From a virus: DNA of 37,966 nt. The DNA is taken from positions 1 through 37,966 of the IMG/VR virus record IMGVR_UViG_3300045988_135835, one strand, 5' to 3'. Shown piece after piece: positions 8,261 to 15,935 of the stretch. How positions within the stretch are numbered: position 1 is the stretch's first letter; each line of letters opens with the position of its first letter. Under the pieces are notes generated by a model. That model had not been told where the DNA came from. It did not search any database and saw only the letters and a program-made list of their open reading frames with translations. Position numbers and translations under genes: made by a program.

Positions 8261-8463
8261 ATAAAGAATACAGAATAGACATATTTCTTGTAGGTGGTAC
8301 AACTTATTCTACAACCTTATCCGAGCAACAAAAAGATAGAATGGTTGAAGTTTTAGAAGAAAAAAGAATAGAAAGAATGTCATTTGGACCTGATATAGAA
8401 AATAATGACACATATATAGTTAACTTAAAGAATGTAAATTTAATAAAAATAAGTGAAGAATAA
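8248..8463 (+). CDS. Small early protein (start uncertain)
   Basis: 71-aa ORF with conserved-looking soluble sequence. Confidence 0.5.
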   Translation: MERVNKEYRIDIFLVGGTTYSTTLSEQQKDRMVEVLEEKRIERMSFGPDIENNDTYIVNLKNVNLIKISEE

Positions 8464-8482
8464 AAATAAAGAGGAGAAAAGA

Positions 8483-8659
8483 ATGAATAGATTAGAAGAG
8501 CTATATAAAGAATTAAAGCAAAAAGACAAAGAATTAGATGAGTATATAGAAACACATAGAAATCATTTATCAGATGAAGCAGAAGCTATAAGAAAAGATA
8601 TATATAGAATAACAGATAAAATAAATTTACTAGAGAAAGCAAGAAATGTGGGGAATTAG
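8483..8659 (+). CDS. Small coiled-coil early protein
   Basis: MNRLEELYKELKQKDKELDEYIETHRNH; start after gaggagaaaaga. Confidence 0.5.
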   Translation: MNRLEELYKELKQKDKELDEYIETHRNHLSDEAEAIRKDIYRITDKINLLEKARNVGN

Positions 8660-8660
8660 G

Positions 8661-9101
8661 ATGGATATAGAAGAGGATATAAAGATATTACAAGAATTTA
8701 CAGAGCTAGACAGAAAACTAAGAAACTACAAAGTAGAGAGCGATTATGATAATTTTTGTGAAAGAAGATGTGTAGCAATAGACCACATATTGGCAGAAAG
8801 AGAAGAAGATAAAAAGAGAATAAAAGAGTTAGAAGAAGAAAATAGAATATTTAAAGATAGTAATGTACTAGTGAATAGATATTTTAAATTAAAAGACAAT
8901 AGCATACCAGTTCAAAAAGTAAAAGACTTATTAACAGAAATACAAGAAGAATACAACGAAGTACAAGAACAATTTGATTGCATTTGGAATAAAAAAAGTA
9001 AAGATGATTATGACAGATACAAACTTCAAGAATTTTCTACAATGCAACAGCAACTAGGATTTTTTATAGGAAAATTAGAAGAAATGTTGGAGGACAAATA
9101 A
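8661..9101 (+). CDS. Coiled-coil hypothetical phage protein
   Basis: MDIEEDIKILQEF...; ORF open from 8646, GG-rich upstream of 8661. Confidence 0.55.
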   Translation: MDIEEDIKILQEFTELDRKLRNYKVESDYDNFCERRCVAIDHILAEREEDKKRIKELEEENRIFKDSNVLVNRYFKLKDNSIPVQKVKDLLTEIQEEYNEVQEQFDCIWNKKSKDDYDRYKLQEFSTMQQQLGFFIGKLEEMLEDK

Positions 9102-9102
9102 T

Positions 9103-9408
9103 ATGAAATTTATTATATTAAGATCGCACTATATGTCAAAAGAGAGAATTATTTTAAAAAGAGATATAGATAAATATCATACTACAGCAACTTTAGGTTA
9201 TTTATTAGAGTTTGGGACATTTAAACCATCAGAATACATTTTAATTCTATCAGAAGATACAGATAGTGTACAAATAAGACCAAGAGCGATATATAAGAAT
9301 AGCAAAGGATATTATATAAAGCAAGATAATAAAAGAAAATATTTAGATAATATTGAAGAGATTGAACAAGCAATTAATGAATTTAAAGAATTTTTGGAGG
9401 AGGAATAA
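9103..9408 (+). CDS. Hypothetical phage protein related to the product at 11176
   Basis: Shares a KGYYIK...KR.YLDN..E motif with 11176..11712. Confidence 0.55.
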   Translation: MKFIILRSHYMSKERIILKRDIDKYHTTATLGYLLEFGTFKPSEYILILSEDTDSVQIRPRAIYKNSKGYYIKQDNKRKYLDNIEEIEQAINEFKEFLEEE

Positions 9409-9410
9409 TA

Positions 9411-9643
9411 TGTATCAAGAATGGTTTAAAAAGTTTGAAAAAGGGAAGAAAGAAAAAAATGAAGAAAAATGTTTATGTAGAAAAAGTCACGAAGAAATAG
9501 ACGAATATTATCTTATGTCTTTAAATGAGGCAAAAGGAACTTTACAAATATTTAAGAACAGAGGTAATGGAGTTTTTGGAATGTTATTTACAGAAATACC
9601 AATAAATTATTGTCCACGATGTGGAAGAAAGTTAGGTGATTAA
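9411..9643 (+). CDS. Small zinc-binding phage protein
   Basis: MYQEWFKKFEKG...CLCRKSH...INYCPRCGRKLGD with RBS ggagg. Confidence 0.6.
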
Positions 9644-9820
9644 ATGCAAATAAAATGTAATAAATGTGGAGCAAGTAAAAGAAGTTTATTTGTAGAAATA
9701 CAAGGAAACAGAAGAGGGTTATACTGTGGCGAATGTGGAAAGTGGCAGAAATGGATAACAAAGCAAGAACTACAAATAGCTAAATTTGAAGGAATAAAAA
9801 TAATTAATAAGGAGGAGTAA
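9644..9820 (+). CDS. 58-aa zinc-ribbon-like phage protein
   Basis: MQIKCNKCGASKRSLFVEIQGNRRGLYCGECGKWQKW: two CxxC knuckles. Confidence 0.6.
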   Translation: MQIKCNKCGASKRSLFVEIQGNRRGLYCGECGKWQKWITKQELQIAKFEGIKIINKEE

Positions 9821-10147
9821 ATGGGAAATATAACTAAAGAAACAAAAGAAATATTAAAGAATTGTTGGGTTATGACAACTGACCATACTTTAGACGAAGA
9901 AAATATAAAATTAAAAGAAGCGATAACAGAAGTATTAAATGAATCTATGACATCAGAAGAGAGAAGTAGATGGGGATATGAATATTTTATAAAAAATAAA
10001 CAATATAATGATGATTTAGAGCGTAATAAAAATTTATTAAAGGAATGGTCACACATATTAAAAGGAATGGGAAATAGAAATTATATTTATGCCTATGCAA
10101 TAGATAGAGTATTAAGAGAGCTAGAGAAGAAGGAGGACAAGCAATGA
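9821..10147 (+). CDS. Hypothetical early protein
   Basis: 108-aa ORF with RBS ggagg. Confidence 0.6.
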   Translation: MGNITKETKEILKNCWVMTTDHTLDEENIKLKEAITEVLNESMTSEERSRWGYEYFIKNKQYNDDLERNKNLLKEWSHILKGMGNRNYIYAYAIDRVLRELEKKEDKQ

Positions 10148-10509
10148 ATAAAAAAGAAATAGAAAAGCTAATAGAATTATTAAGAAAAATAAGCAAAGAA
10201 ATGTATGATAATGAGTTTTTTATAGAAACAGCTATATTATCTTATAAAACACAACAAGAAAAAACGTATACATTTTTTAGAGATGATGAACAAACAGATG
10301 AGTTAAGAAAATATAATTGGTGTCAAAGACCAGAAGATACTACTATGAGTTTACGTAGATTTAGTGAAAACGGAGAAATTGAAGGTTATATGAGTGAAAG
10401 TTTAGCAGAACATTATGGATTAAAAAAGGTTACTTTAAATGAATTTATACATAAATTTGTAAAGCCATTAGTTAAGTATAAATTAGATAGTAAGGAGGAC
10501 AAGCAATGA
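10144..10509 (+). CDS. Hypothetical early protein
   Basis: 121-aa ORF, ATGA overlap with the previous gene. Confidence 0.6.
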   Translation: MNKKEIEKLIELLRKISKEMYDNEFFIETAILSYKTQQEKTYTFFRDDEQTDELRKYNWCQRPEDTTMSLRRFSENGEIEGYMSESLAEHYGLKKVTLNEFIHKFVKPLVKYKLDSKEDKQ

Positions 10510-10817
10510 CGGAAGAAGAGAAAGTAGAAAACACAATAGCATTAAAATATATAACTATAAAAGAATTAAAAAATATAAGAACAAAAGTGAAAAAATCAGA
10601 AGATGAAAAGATAAGATTAAAAATAGAAACAAAACATTGGTATGGATATTCAGAACCATTTTTAAGTAAGAGTAAAGATAGATTAAAGGTATCTAAACAC
10701 ACAATGTTAAAAATATTAGATGAGGCAATAAAAAAAGAAGAAGATTATATAAATAAATTAATAGATAAAGAAATAATGATAAAGAGGAATGAGTTATGTC
10801 AGAGAAAAGAAGAATAA
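10506..10817 (+). CDS. Hypothetical early protein
   Basis: 103-aa ORF, ATGA overlap. Confidence 0.55.
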   Translation: MTEEEKVENTIALKYITIKELKNIRTKVKKSEDEKIRLKIETKHWYGYSEPFLSKSKDRLKVSKHTMLKILDEAIKKEEDYINKLIDKEIMIKRNELCQRKEE

Positions 10818-11071
10818 ATATAAAAAATTTTAATAGTGAATTATCTTGTATTATTAAAGTTAAATTAGATAAAAAAGGAATTAGTACTTGGAAAGAACTA
10901 ACAGATATGCTTGGTATAGATAATCCTAGAACTTTTATAGATTTCTTTAATAATAAACAATGCGTAAAAAAAGAATATATAGATAAACTATTTGATATTT
11001 TAGAAATTGATGAAAGACTTAAAGATATATATTTAGAACCAGTTATTAAATACAAATTAAAGGAGAAATAA
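10796..11071 (+). CDS. Small possible HTH protein
   Basis: ISTWKELTDMLGIDNPRTFIDFFNNKQCVKKEYIDKLFDILEI resembles an XRE-like fold. Confidence 0.5.
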   Translation: MSEKRRINIKNFNSELSCIIKVKLDKKGISTWKELTDMLGIDNPRTFIDFFNNKQCVKKEYIDKLFDILEIDERLKDIYLEPVIKYKLKEK

Positions 11072-11175
11072 ATATGACAGAAGATAAAAAGACAGAAATG
11101 TTAAATAAAAGATTGGAGAAGAAATTATGATAATAACAACGAATTTAAAGAGAAAATATAAAAAAGGAGTAAAAG

Positions 11176-11712
11176 ATGATAGATATAGAAAAAGAAATAA
11201 AGAAATGCAAACATTTAGACAATATTTATATTTTAAAAGAAAGTGGAGATAGAACTAAAAAATATCCGAGAATTGAAAATATTAATTCTGCAGATATCAC
11301 ACAAGCAAGTGTAAAAGTATATAATTCTTATACACATATGTATAGTACTAAAAGTATTTATGAAAGTAAAAAGGGATATTACATAAAAGCAAATGGAAAA
11401 AGATTGTATCTAGATAATTTCGAAGAAGGAGAAGCAATGACAGAAAATAAAAAGATAGAACAGCTTAAAAAACGAATAGACAAAGTATTTGATAAAATAA
11501 CAACAGATGAAATAGAGCAAAGAATTAAAGAAGATAAATTATTAGATGAGGAGATGGAATTAATGACAGAAAATAAAAAGATAGAACAGCTTATAGCACA
11601 TAATGTAAAGTCACTAACTATAAGCAAAGAAAAGTACGAGAAATTAAGAACAGAAACAAAGAACTTAATAAAGTTAAATGATGTTAAATTAAATTTTGAG
11701 GAGGAAAAATAA
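11176..11712 (+). CDS. Hypothetical phage protein with internally repeated module
   Basis: Contains MTENKKIEQL twice, encoded by a 32-bp perfect repeat. Confidence 0.55.
   Translation: MIDIEKEIKKCKHLDNIYILKESGDRTKKYPRIENINSADITQASVKVYNSYTHMYSTKSIYESKKGYYIKANGKRLYLDNFEEGEAMTENKKIEQLKKRIDKVFDKITTDEIEQRIKEDKLLDEEMELMTENKKIEQLIAHNVKSLTISKEKYEKLRTETKNLIKLNDVKLNFEEEK
11436..11467 (+). repeat. 32-bp direct repeat copy 1
   Basis: AATGACAGAAAATAAAAAGATAGAACAGCTTA, identical to 11562-11593. Confidence 0.9.
11562..11593 (+). repeat. 32-bp direct repeat copy 2
   Basis: Identical to 11436-11467. Confidence 0.9.
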
Positions 11713-11995
11713 ATTGGTTAAAAAAATATTAATAACGATAGTAGTGTTAATTTTAATAGTAGTAATAGGATTTATATGTAAAGATGTAACTATTTCAGAA
11801 GTATATTCAGAAAATAATAATTTTGTATATATAGATAGTGAATATGTAGGAACTTTAGTAGTATATAGATATTATGATAAAACTACAAAAGTAATATACA
11901 TGTTTACGAGAAATAACTATTCTGAAAAAGGTGGCGGTTTAACAGTAATGTTAGATCAAAATGGAAATCCATTATTATACAAAGAAGGTGAGTAA
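11712..11995 (+). CDS. Membrane-anchored small protein (TTG start likely)
   Basis: LVKKILITIVVLILIVVIGFICKDVTISEVY...; strong gaggagg upstream; ORF track starts at 11696. Confidence 0.55.
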
Positions 11996-12319
11996 ATGAC
12001 TAAAGAACAAGAAGATAGTATAGAAATATTAGAAAATACAGATATAAGTACAATAGAATTAGCAGAAAATACGGACTTATATACTTATAGTTTAGCAGTT
12101 AGAACAGTCTTAAATATGCTAAAAGAAAAAGATGCAGAGATAGAGAAGAAAGACAAGATGATAGATTTAATGGCAGAATACATATCGGATTTAGATATTG
12201 ATGAAGATATTTGCAAAAAACAATCGGATAATAATTGTGATGACATCAATAGAGAGGTTGAATGTAAAGAATGCATAAAACAATATTTTGAAAAACAAGC
12301 AAAAGAGAAAGGAGAATAA
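11996..12319 (+). CDS. Hypothetical early protein with C-terminal Cys residues
   Basis: 107-aa ORF. Confidence 0.55.
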   Translation: MTKEQEDSIEILENTDISTIELAENTDLYTYSLAVRTVLNMLKEKDAEIEKKDKMIDLMAEYISDLDIDEDICKKQSDNNCDDINREVECKECIKQYFEKQAKEKGE

Positions 12320-12320
12320 A

Positions 12321-12848
12321 ATGAATAATTGGGTAACTTCTGATTTACATTTTGGACATAAAAATATAATAAAGTATGAAAATAGACCGTTTAAAGATAT
12401 AGAGGAAATGGATAAAGCAATTATAGAATTATGGAATAAAACTGTAAAGAAAGATGATAAAGTATATGTATTAGGAGATTTTAGCTGGTATAAAGGCGAG
12501 AAAACAAATGAAATATTATATAAGTTAAACGGAAATAAATTTTTGATAATAGGAAATCATGATAAAAACTTTTTAGATGATAAGAGATTTAATAAAAATT
12601 TATTTGAAGAAATTTGCTATTATAAAGAGATTAAAATTAACAAAAAAAAGATTGTAATGTTTCATTATCCAATAGCTGAATGGAATGGACAAATTAATGG
12701 AAGTATTCATTTATTTGGACATATTCATACCATAAAAAGTAACACTTCTGAATATATGAATAAGTTAAATAATAAATACGGATATAAATGTATAAATGTA
12801 GGAATAGATGTACACAAAAGACTTTTAAATTTGGAGGAATTATTATGA
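12321..12848 (+). CDS. Metallophosphoesterase
   Basis: TSDLHFGH, VLGDFSW, IIGNHDK, FHYPIAEWNG, HLFGHIH motifs; first ATG after ggaga is MNNW. Confidence 0.9.
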   Translation: MNNWVTSDLHFGHKNIIKYENRPFKDIEEMDKAIIELWNKTVKKDDKVYVLGDFSWYKGEKTNEILYKLNGNKFLIIGNHDKNFLDDKRFNKNLFEEICYYKEIKINKKKIVMFHYPIAEWNGQINGSIHLFGHIHTIKSNTSEYMNKLNNKYGYKCINVGIDVHKRLLNLEELL

Positions 12849-13657
12849 ATAGAAATGAATTTATTATGAAAAGATTAAAGGAACATTATGAGTATATAAA
12901 AGATAGATATGATGTCGCTTATTTAGGATTGCAAGGTAGCCAAAATTATGAATTAGATATCTATGATGATGATTATAAATCTGATATAGATACAAAAGCT
13001 ATTGTTTTACCTAGCTTTGAAGATATTGTGCTTAATAAAGCACCAGTAAGTAAAACAATAGTGCTAGATAATAATGAGCATATTGATGTAAAAGATATAA
13101 GAGTAATGCTTGAAAAATTTAAAAAGCAAAATATAAATTTTATAGAAATATTATTTACTAAATTCAATATAGTAAAACTAGAATATAGTGAGCAGATACA
13201 AAAATTGATAAAAGCGAGAGAACAAATTGCTAGATTAAATATAAATCAAGCTTTAAGATGTATATCTGGAATGAGTAAAGAAAAGTTAAAAGCCTTAAAA
13301 CATCCGTATCCTGCTACAGTAGATAAAATAGAAAAATTCGGATATGATCCAAAACAATTACATCATATTTTAAGAATGAATGATTTTATAAAAAAATATG
13401 GAATAGAAAAAAGAAGATATCAAGATTGCTTAATTCCAGACAATAAAGAATATTTAATCGAAATTAAAAAAGGAATTTTAAGTGAAGAAGAAGCAACAAA
13501 GTTAGCAGAAGAAACAGACCAAGAAACATATAAAATCAAAGAAAGCTTATTAACAAAACAAGATGAAATTAATCAGAATGCAATAGATGTTTTAAACGAT
13601 GTAAAATACTTTATTTTAAAACAGAAATTTAGAAATGAATTATTAAAGGATAATTAA
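12845..13657 (+). CDS. Nucleotidyltransferase (pol-beta superfamily, RlaP/PF10127-like)
   Basis: AYLGLQGSQNYELDIYDDDYKSDIDTKAIVLPSFEDI; start overlaps the upstream stop (ATGA). Confidence 0.8.
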   Translation: MNRNEFIMKRLKEHYEYIKDRYDVAYLGLQGSQNYELDIYDDDYKSDIDTKAIVLPSFEDIVLNKAPVSKTIVLDNNEHIDVKDIRVMLEKFKKQNINFIEILFTKFNIVKLEYSEQIQKLIKAREQIARLNINQALRCISGMSKEKLKALKHPYPATVDKIEKFGYDPKQLHHILRMNDFIKKYGIEKRRYQDCLIPDNKEYLIEIKKGILSEEEATKLAEETDQETYKIKESLLTKQDEINQNAIDVLNDVKYFILKQKFRNELLKDN

Positions 13658-13675
13658 ATAAGGAGGTACAAAAGA

Positions 13676-14155
13676 TTGGAAATTAAAACCTTAATTAAAT
13701 TATTAAAAAACTACAAAGAAAACAAAGCTACATTAAACATAAGATTAAAAGAATTAAAGAACAAAAGAATAGAATTAAAGAATCTAGTAGTAGATACAAG
13801 TATAAGTGGAATAAATTACGATACAGAAGGAATACATAGTATAAATACAATATCAGATCGAACAGGAAACAGTGTAACAAAAGTAGATAGCAAAAGAATA
13901 AAGTTAGAAGAGGATATAGCAAAACTAGAAGAGGAAATAAGGCGATTAAGAAAAGATGTGGAAACAGTAGATGACAGATTAGAGATATTAACATATAAAG
14001 AAAAACAATTATTAATTGCAAGATATATAGAAGAGTGTAGCTACGTAGACATTGGAAACAGAGTATATTATCAAATATACAACGAAACTAGAAGCTCTGA
14101 TGCAATTAAAAGGATAATAGAAAAAGCCATGAAAAAGATAACAAAAATACAATAG
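13676..14155 (+). CDS. ArpU/DUF1492-like late transcription regulator
   Basis: Coiled-coil N-terminus and C-terminal LLIARYIEECSYVDIGNRVYYQIYNETRSSDAIKRIIEKAMKKI; TTG start after aggagg; located at the early/late junction. Confidence 0.65.
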   Translation: MEIKTLIKLLKNYKENKATLNIRLKELKNKRIELKNLVVDTSISGINYDTEGIHSINTISDRTGNSVTKVDSKRIKLEEDIAKLEEEIRRLRKDVETVDDRLEILTYKEKQLLIARYIEECSYVDIGNRVYYQIYNETRSSDAIKRIIEKAMKKITKIQ

Positions 14156-14159
14156 TCTG

Positions 14160-14199
14160 AAAATGCATGGTTTTTGCGTACAAAATGCATGGTTTTTGC
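14160..14199 (+). repeat. Two 18-bp direct repeats, 22-bp centre spacing
   Basis: AAAATGCATGGTTTTTGC at 14160-14177 and 14182-14199. Confidence 0.9.
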
Positions 14200-14201
14200 A
14201 C

Positions 14202-14230
14202 TTGTTTTTTCAAAAACAGTAGTTTATAAT
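14202..14230 (+). promoter_or_regulatory. Putative late promoter
   Basis: TTGTTT-N17-TATAAT immediately downstream of the paired repeats. Confidence 0.65.
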
Positions 14231-14300
14231 TTATAATAGCAACAGAAAGTTGTGATGGCTCCTTTCATTATTAAATTATTCAATTATAATTACTACGTGA

Positions 14301-14330
14301 AATTGTGACATATATAGTCACAATTTTTTA
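14301..14330 (+). terminator. Promoter-proximal intrinsic terminator
   Basis: AATTGTGAC-ATATATA-GTCACAATT followed by a T tract. Confidence 0.8.
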
Positions 14331-14333
14331 TAT

Positions 14334-14409
14334 TGCGGGATAGAGTAGTTGGCAGCTCGCTAGCCTCATAAGCTAGAGGTCACAAGTTCGAGTCTTGTTC
14401 CTGCAACCA
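14334..14409 (+). tRNA. Phage-encoded tRNA-Met-like (anticodon CAT), initiator-like features, encoded CCA
   Basis: TGCGGGA/TCCTGCA acceptor, GAGT/GCTC D-stem, CTAGC-CTCATAA-GCTAG anticodon arm, ACAAG-TTCGAGT-CTTGT T-arm, ACCA. Confidence 0.93.
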
Positions 14410-14410
14410 T

Positions 14411-14444
14411 AAGAGTAGATGTTTTATATGTCTACTCTTTTTTA
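14411..14444 (+). terminator. Intrinsic terminator after tRNA
   Basis: AGAGTAGA...TCTACTCT followed by a T run. Confidence 0.75.
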
Positions 14445-14506
14445 TGTACTAGACATTGTGAATCGTTGAAAGATCACCTCCTTTCTTATATAAAATATTT
14501 GACTAA

Positions 14507-14536
14507 ACAAGCTATTTCTAGTGTAGCTTGTTTTTT
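14507..14536 (+). terminator. Intrinsic terminator
   Basis: ACAAGCTA-tttctagtg-TAGCTTGT followed by TTTTT. Confidence 0.7.
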
Positions 14537-14607
14537 ATTTTATAAGGAGAATGAAATGAAACTAAAAATTATAATTTTATATTTATTAATAAAGGTAATG
14601 AACGTAT

Positions 14608-14748
14608 ATGAAAGATAAAATAAATTGGAAAGAATGCATGAAACGTAAATGTGAGCAATGCAAATATTATGATAAATGTTTTAAAGAAAGCGGTGAAGAA
14701 GATGGAAATAGAAAAAAAGGATACAGAAGAATTAAGAAATCTAGCTAA
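14608..14748 (+). CDS. 46-aa cysteine-containing small protein
   Basis: MKDKINWKECMKRKCEQCKYYDKCFKESGEEDGNRKKGYRRIKKSS. Confidence 0.4.
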   Translation: MKDKINWKECMKRKCEQCKYYDKCFKESGEEDGNRKKGYRRIKKSS

Positions 14749-14917
14749 AATATTTAAACAAATAACAGACATTTTAAATGAAGTAGTAGATATATCTGAT
14801 AAATTAGAGAATAACACATTAGAAATTTCAGAAGAAGAGGCAAATGAAAAAATAGAAGAATTATTAGGCAGATTTATTATACAGTTATTAAAAATCAATA
14901 AAAAAATAGGAGAGTAA
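14702..14917 (+). CDS. Small hypothetical helical protein
   Basis: MEIEKKDTEELRNLAKIFKQITDILNEVVDIS...; ORF track opens at 14651. Confidence 0.5.
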   Translation: MEIEKKDTEELRNLAKIFKQITDILNEVVDISDKLENNTLEISEEEANEKIEELLGRFIIQLLKINKKIGE

Positions 14918-14918
14918 A

Positions 14919-15128
14919 ATGAAAAAAATAAAGTTTTTAGTGAATGTTCCAGACAAATATACAAGAGAAGAATACAAAGAAGGACAAGTAAAACAATTTA
15001 ATAATAAAAGAGCAGAAGAGATATTAAAAGCTAGAAGAAATAATGGAGAGCCATATGCAGTTGAAGTAACAGAAAAGAAAGAAACAGCAACAAAGAAAGT
15101 AGAAAAAGAAAATGCAATGAAGGAATAG
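14919..15128 (+). CDS. Small hypothetical phage protein
   Basis: MKKIKFLVNVPDKYTREEYKEGQVKQFNNKRAEEILKARR. Confidence 0.6.
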   Translation: MKKIKFLVNVPDKYTREEYKEGQVKQFNNKRAEEILKARRNNGEPYAVEVTEKKETATKKVEKENAMKE

Positions 15129-15130
15129 TT

Positions 15131-15439
15131 ATGACAGAAAGAGATAATCCATTAATTGCAAAGAAATACAAAAGCAAAAAATGGCAGAAGTTAAGAAGGC
15201 AGAAATTAATATTAAATCCTATGTGTGAAAGATGTGAAAAGAAAGAAATATATGTTCCTGCTTATTTCGTACATCACAAAGAATATATAACAGAACAGAA
15301 TTATGAAGATGACAATATATTTTTCAATATAAATAATCTAGAGTCTTTATGCAAAAAGTGTCACAACACTGAACATTTTGCAGACAAAGTAGAGTACAAG
15401 TTTGATGAAAACGGAGATTTAATAAAGAATGAATATTGA
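15131..15439 (+). CDS. HNH endonuclease (packaging-associated position)
   Basis: WQKLRRQKLILNPMCERCEKKEIYVPAYFVHHKEYIT...NINNLESLCKKCHNTEH; upstream of the terminase genes. Confidence 0.92.
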   Translation: MTERDNPLIAKKYKSKKWQKLRRQKLILNPMCERCEKKEIYVPAYFVHHKEYITEQNYEDDNIFFNINNLESLCKKCHNTEHFADKVEYKFDENGDLIKNEY

Positions 15440-15842
15440 ACAAAGAGCAATAGATGACGAAGTATATACTATAACTATATTGAAAAGCCTAACAGATAAA
15501 GACAGAATAGATTTAGAAGAAGGTATTAAATCATTACAAAAACACAAGGATTGTAGTAGAATACATTCTTCTAAGTTTATTATTGTTAATACTCACAAGA
15601 CCAAAGAAGAGATAGAAGAAATAAATAATCAAGATAAGATTCAAGATTTGTTTAGAGTGTACAAAGAGAATAATAGTCAAGAGTATCAGATAGAAGACAA
15701 TACATTAATAGATGAGGTAAACAACTTAAAGCTTACAGATAAAAATAAAAAAGAAATAAATAAAAAAATTAATTTAATTAATGATTCTATCAAAGAATTA
15801 GAAGAATATAGGAAGAAACTGGAAATAATTATAGTAAAATAG
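15429..15842 (+). CDS. Hypothetical coiled-coil protein
   Basis: 137-aa ORF between HNH and terminase. Confidence 0.55.
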   Translation: MNIEQRAIDDEVYTITILKSLTDKDRIDLEEGIKSLQKHKDCSRIHSSKFIIVNTHKTKEEIEEINNQDKIQDLFRVYKENNSQEYQIEDNTLIDEVNNLKLTDKNKKEINKKINLINDSIKELEEYRKKLEIIIVK

Positions 15843-15935
15843 CCCCCCATAAACTTATAAAATCAATGCCTATGGGAGAACGGTGGGTGGGCATTCAAAA
15901 AATACACAAGTTCTTTCGCGTGAGGGGTGTGGTAG

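Noticed and set aside
9640-10056. 138-aa minus-strand ORF (and similar minus ORFs at 13728, 14569, 22043)
   Set aside because: Each overlaps well-organised + strand genes having RBSs and coupled starts. The minus translations are low-complexity shadows.
12321-13657. Toxin-antitoxin or abortive-infection system call for the phosphoesterase/nucleotidyltransferase pair
   Set aside because: The catalytic motifs are visible, but nothing in the sequence shows toxicity or antitoxin pairing. It is kept as an uncharacterised cassette rather than a named defence system.
14160-14199. Paired 18-bp repeats considered as att or transposon ends
   Set aside because: There is no transposase or target duplication. 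Position between the late regulator and a promoter fits binding sites better.
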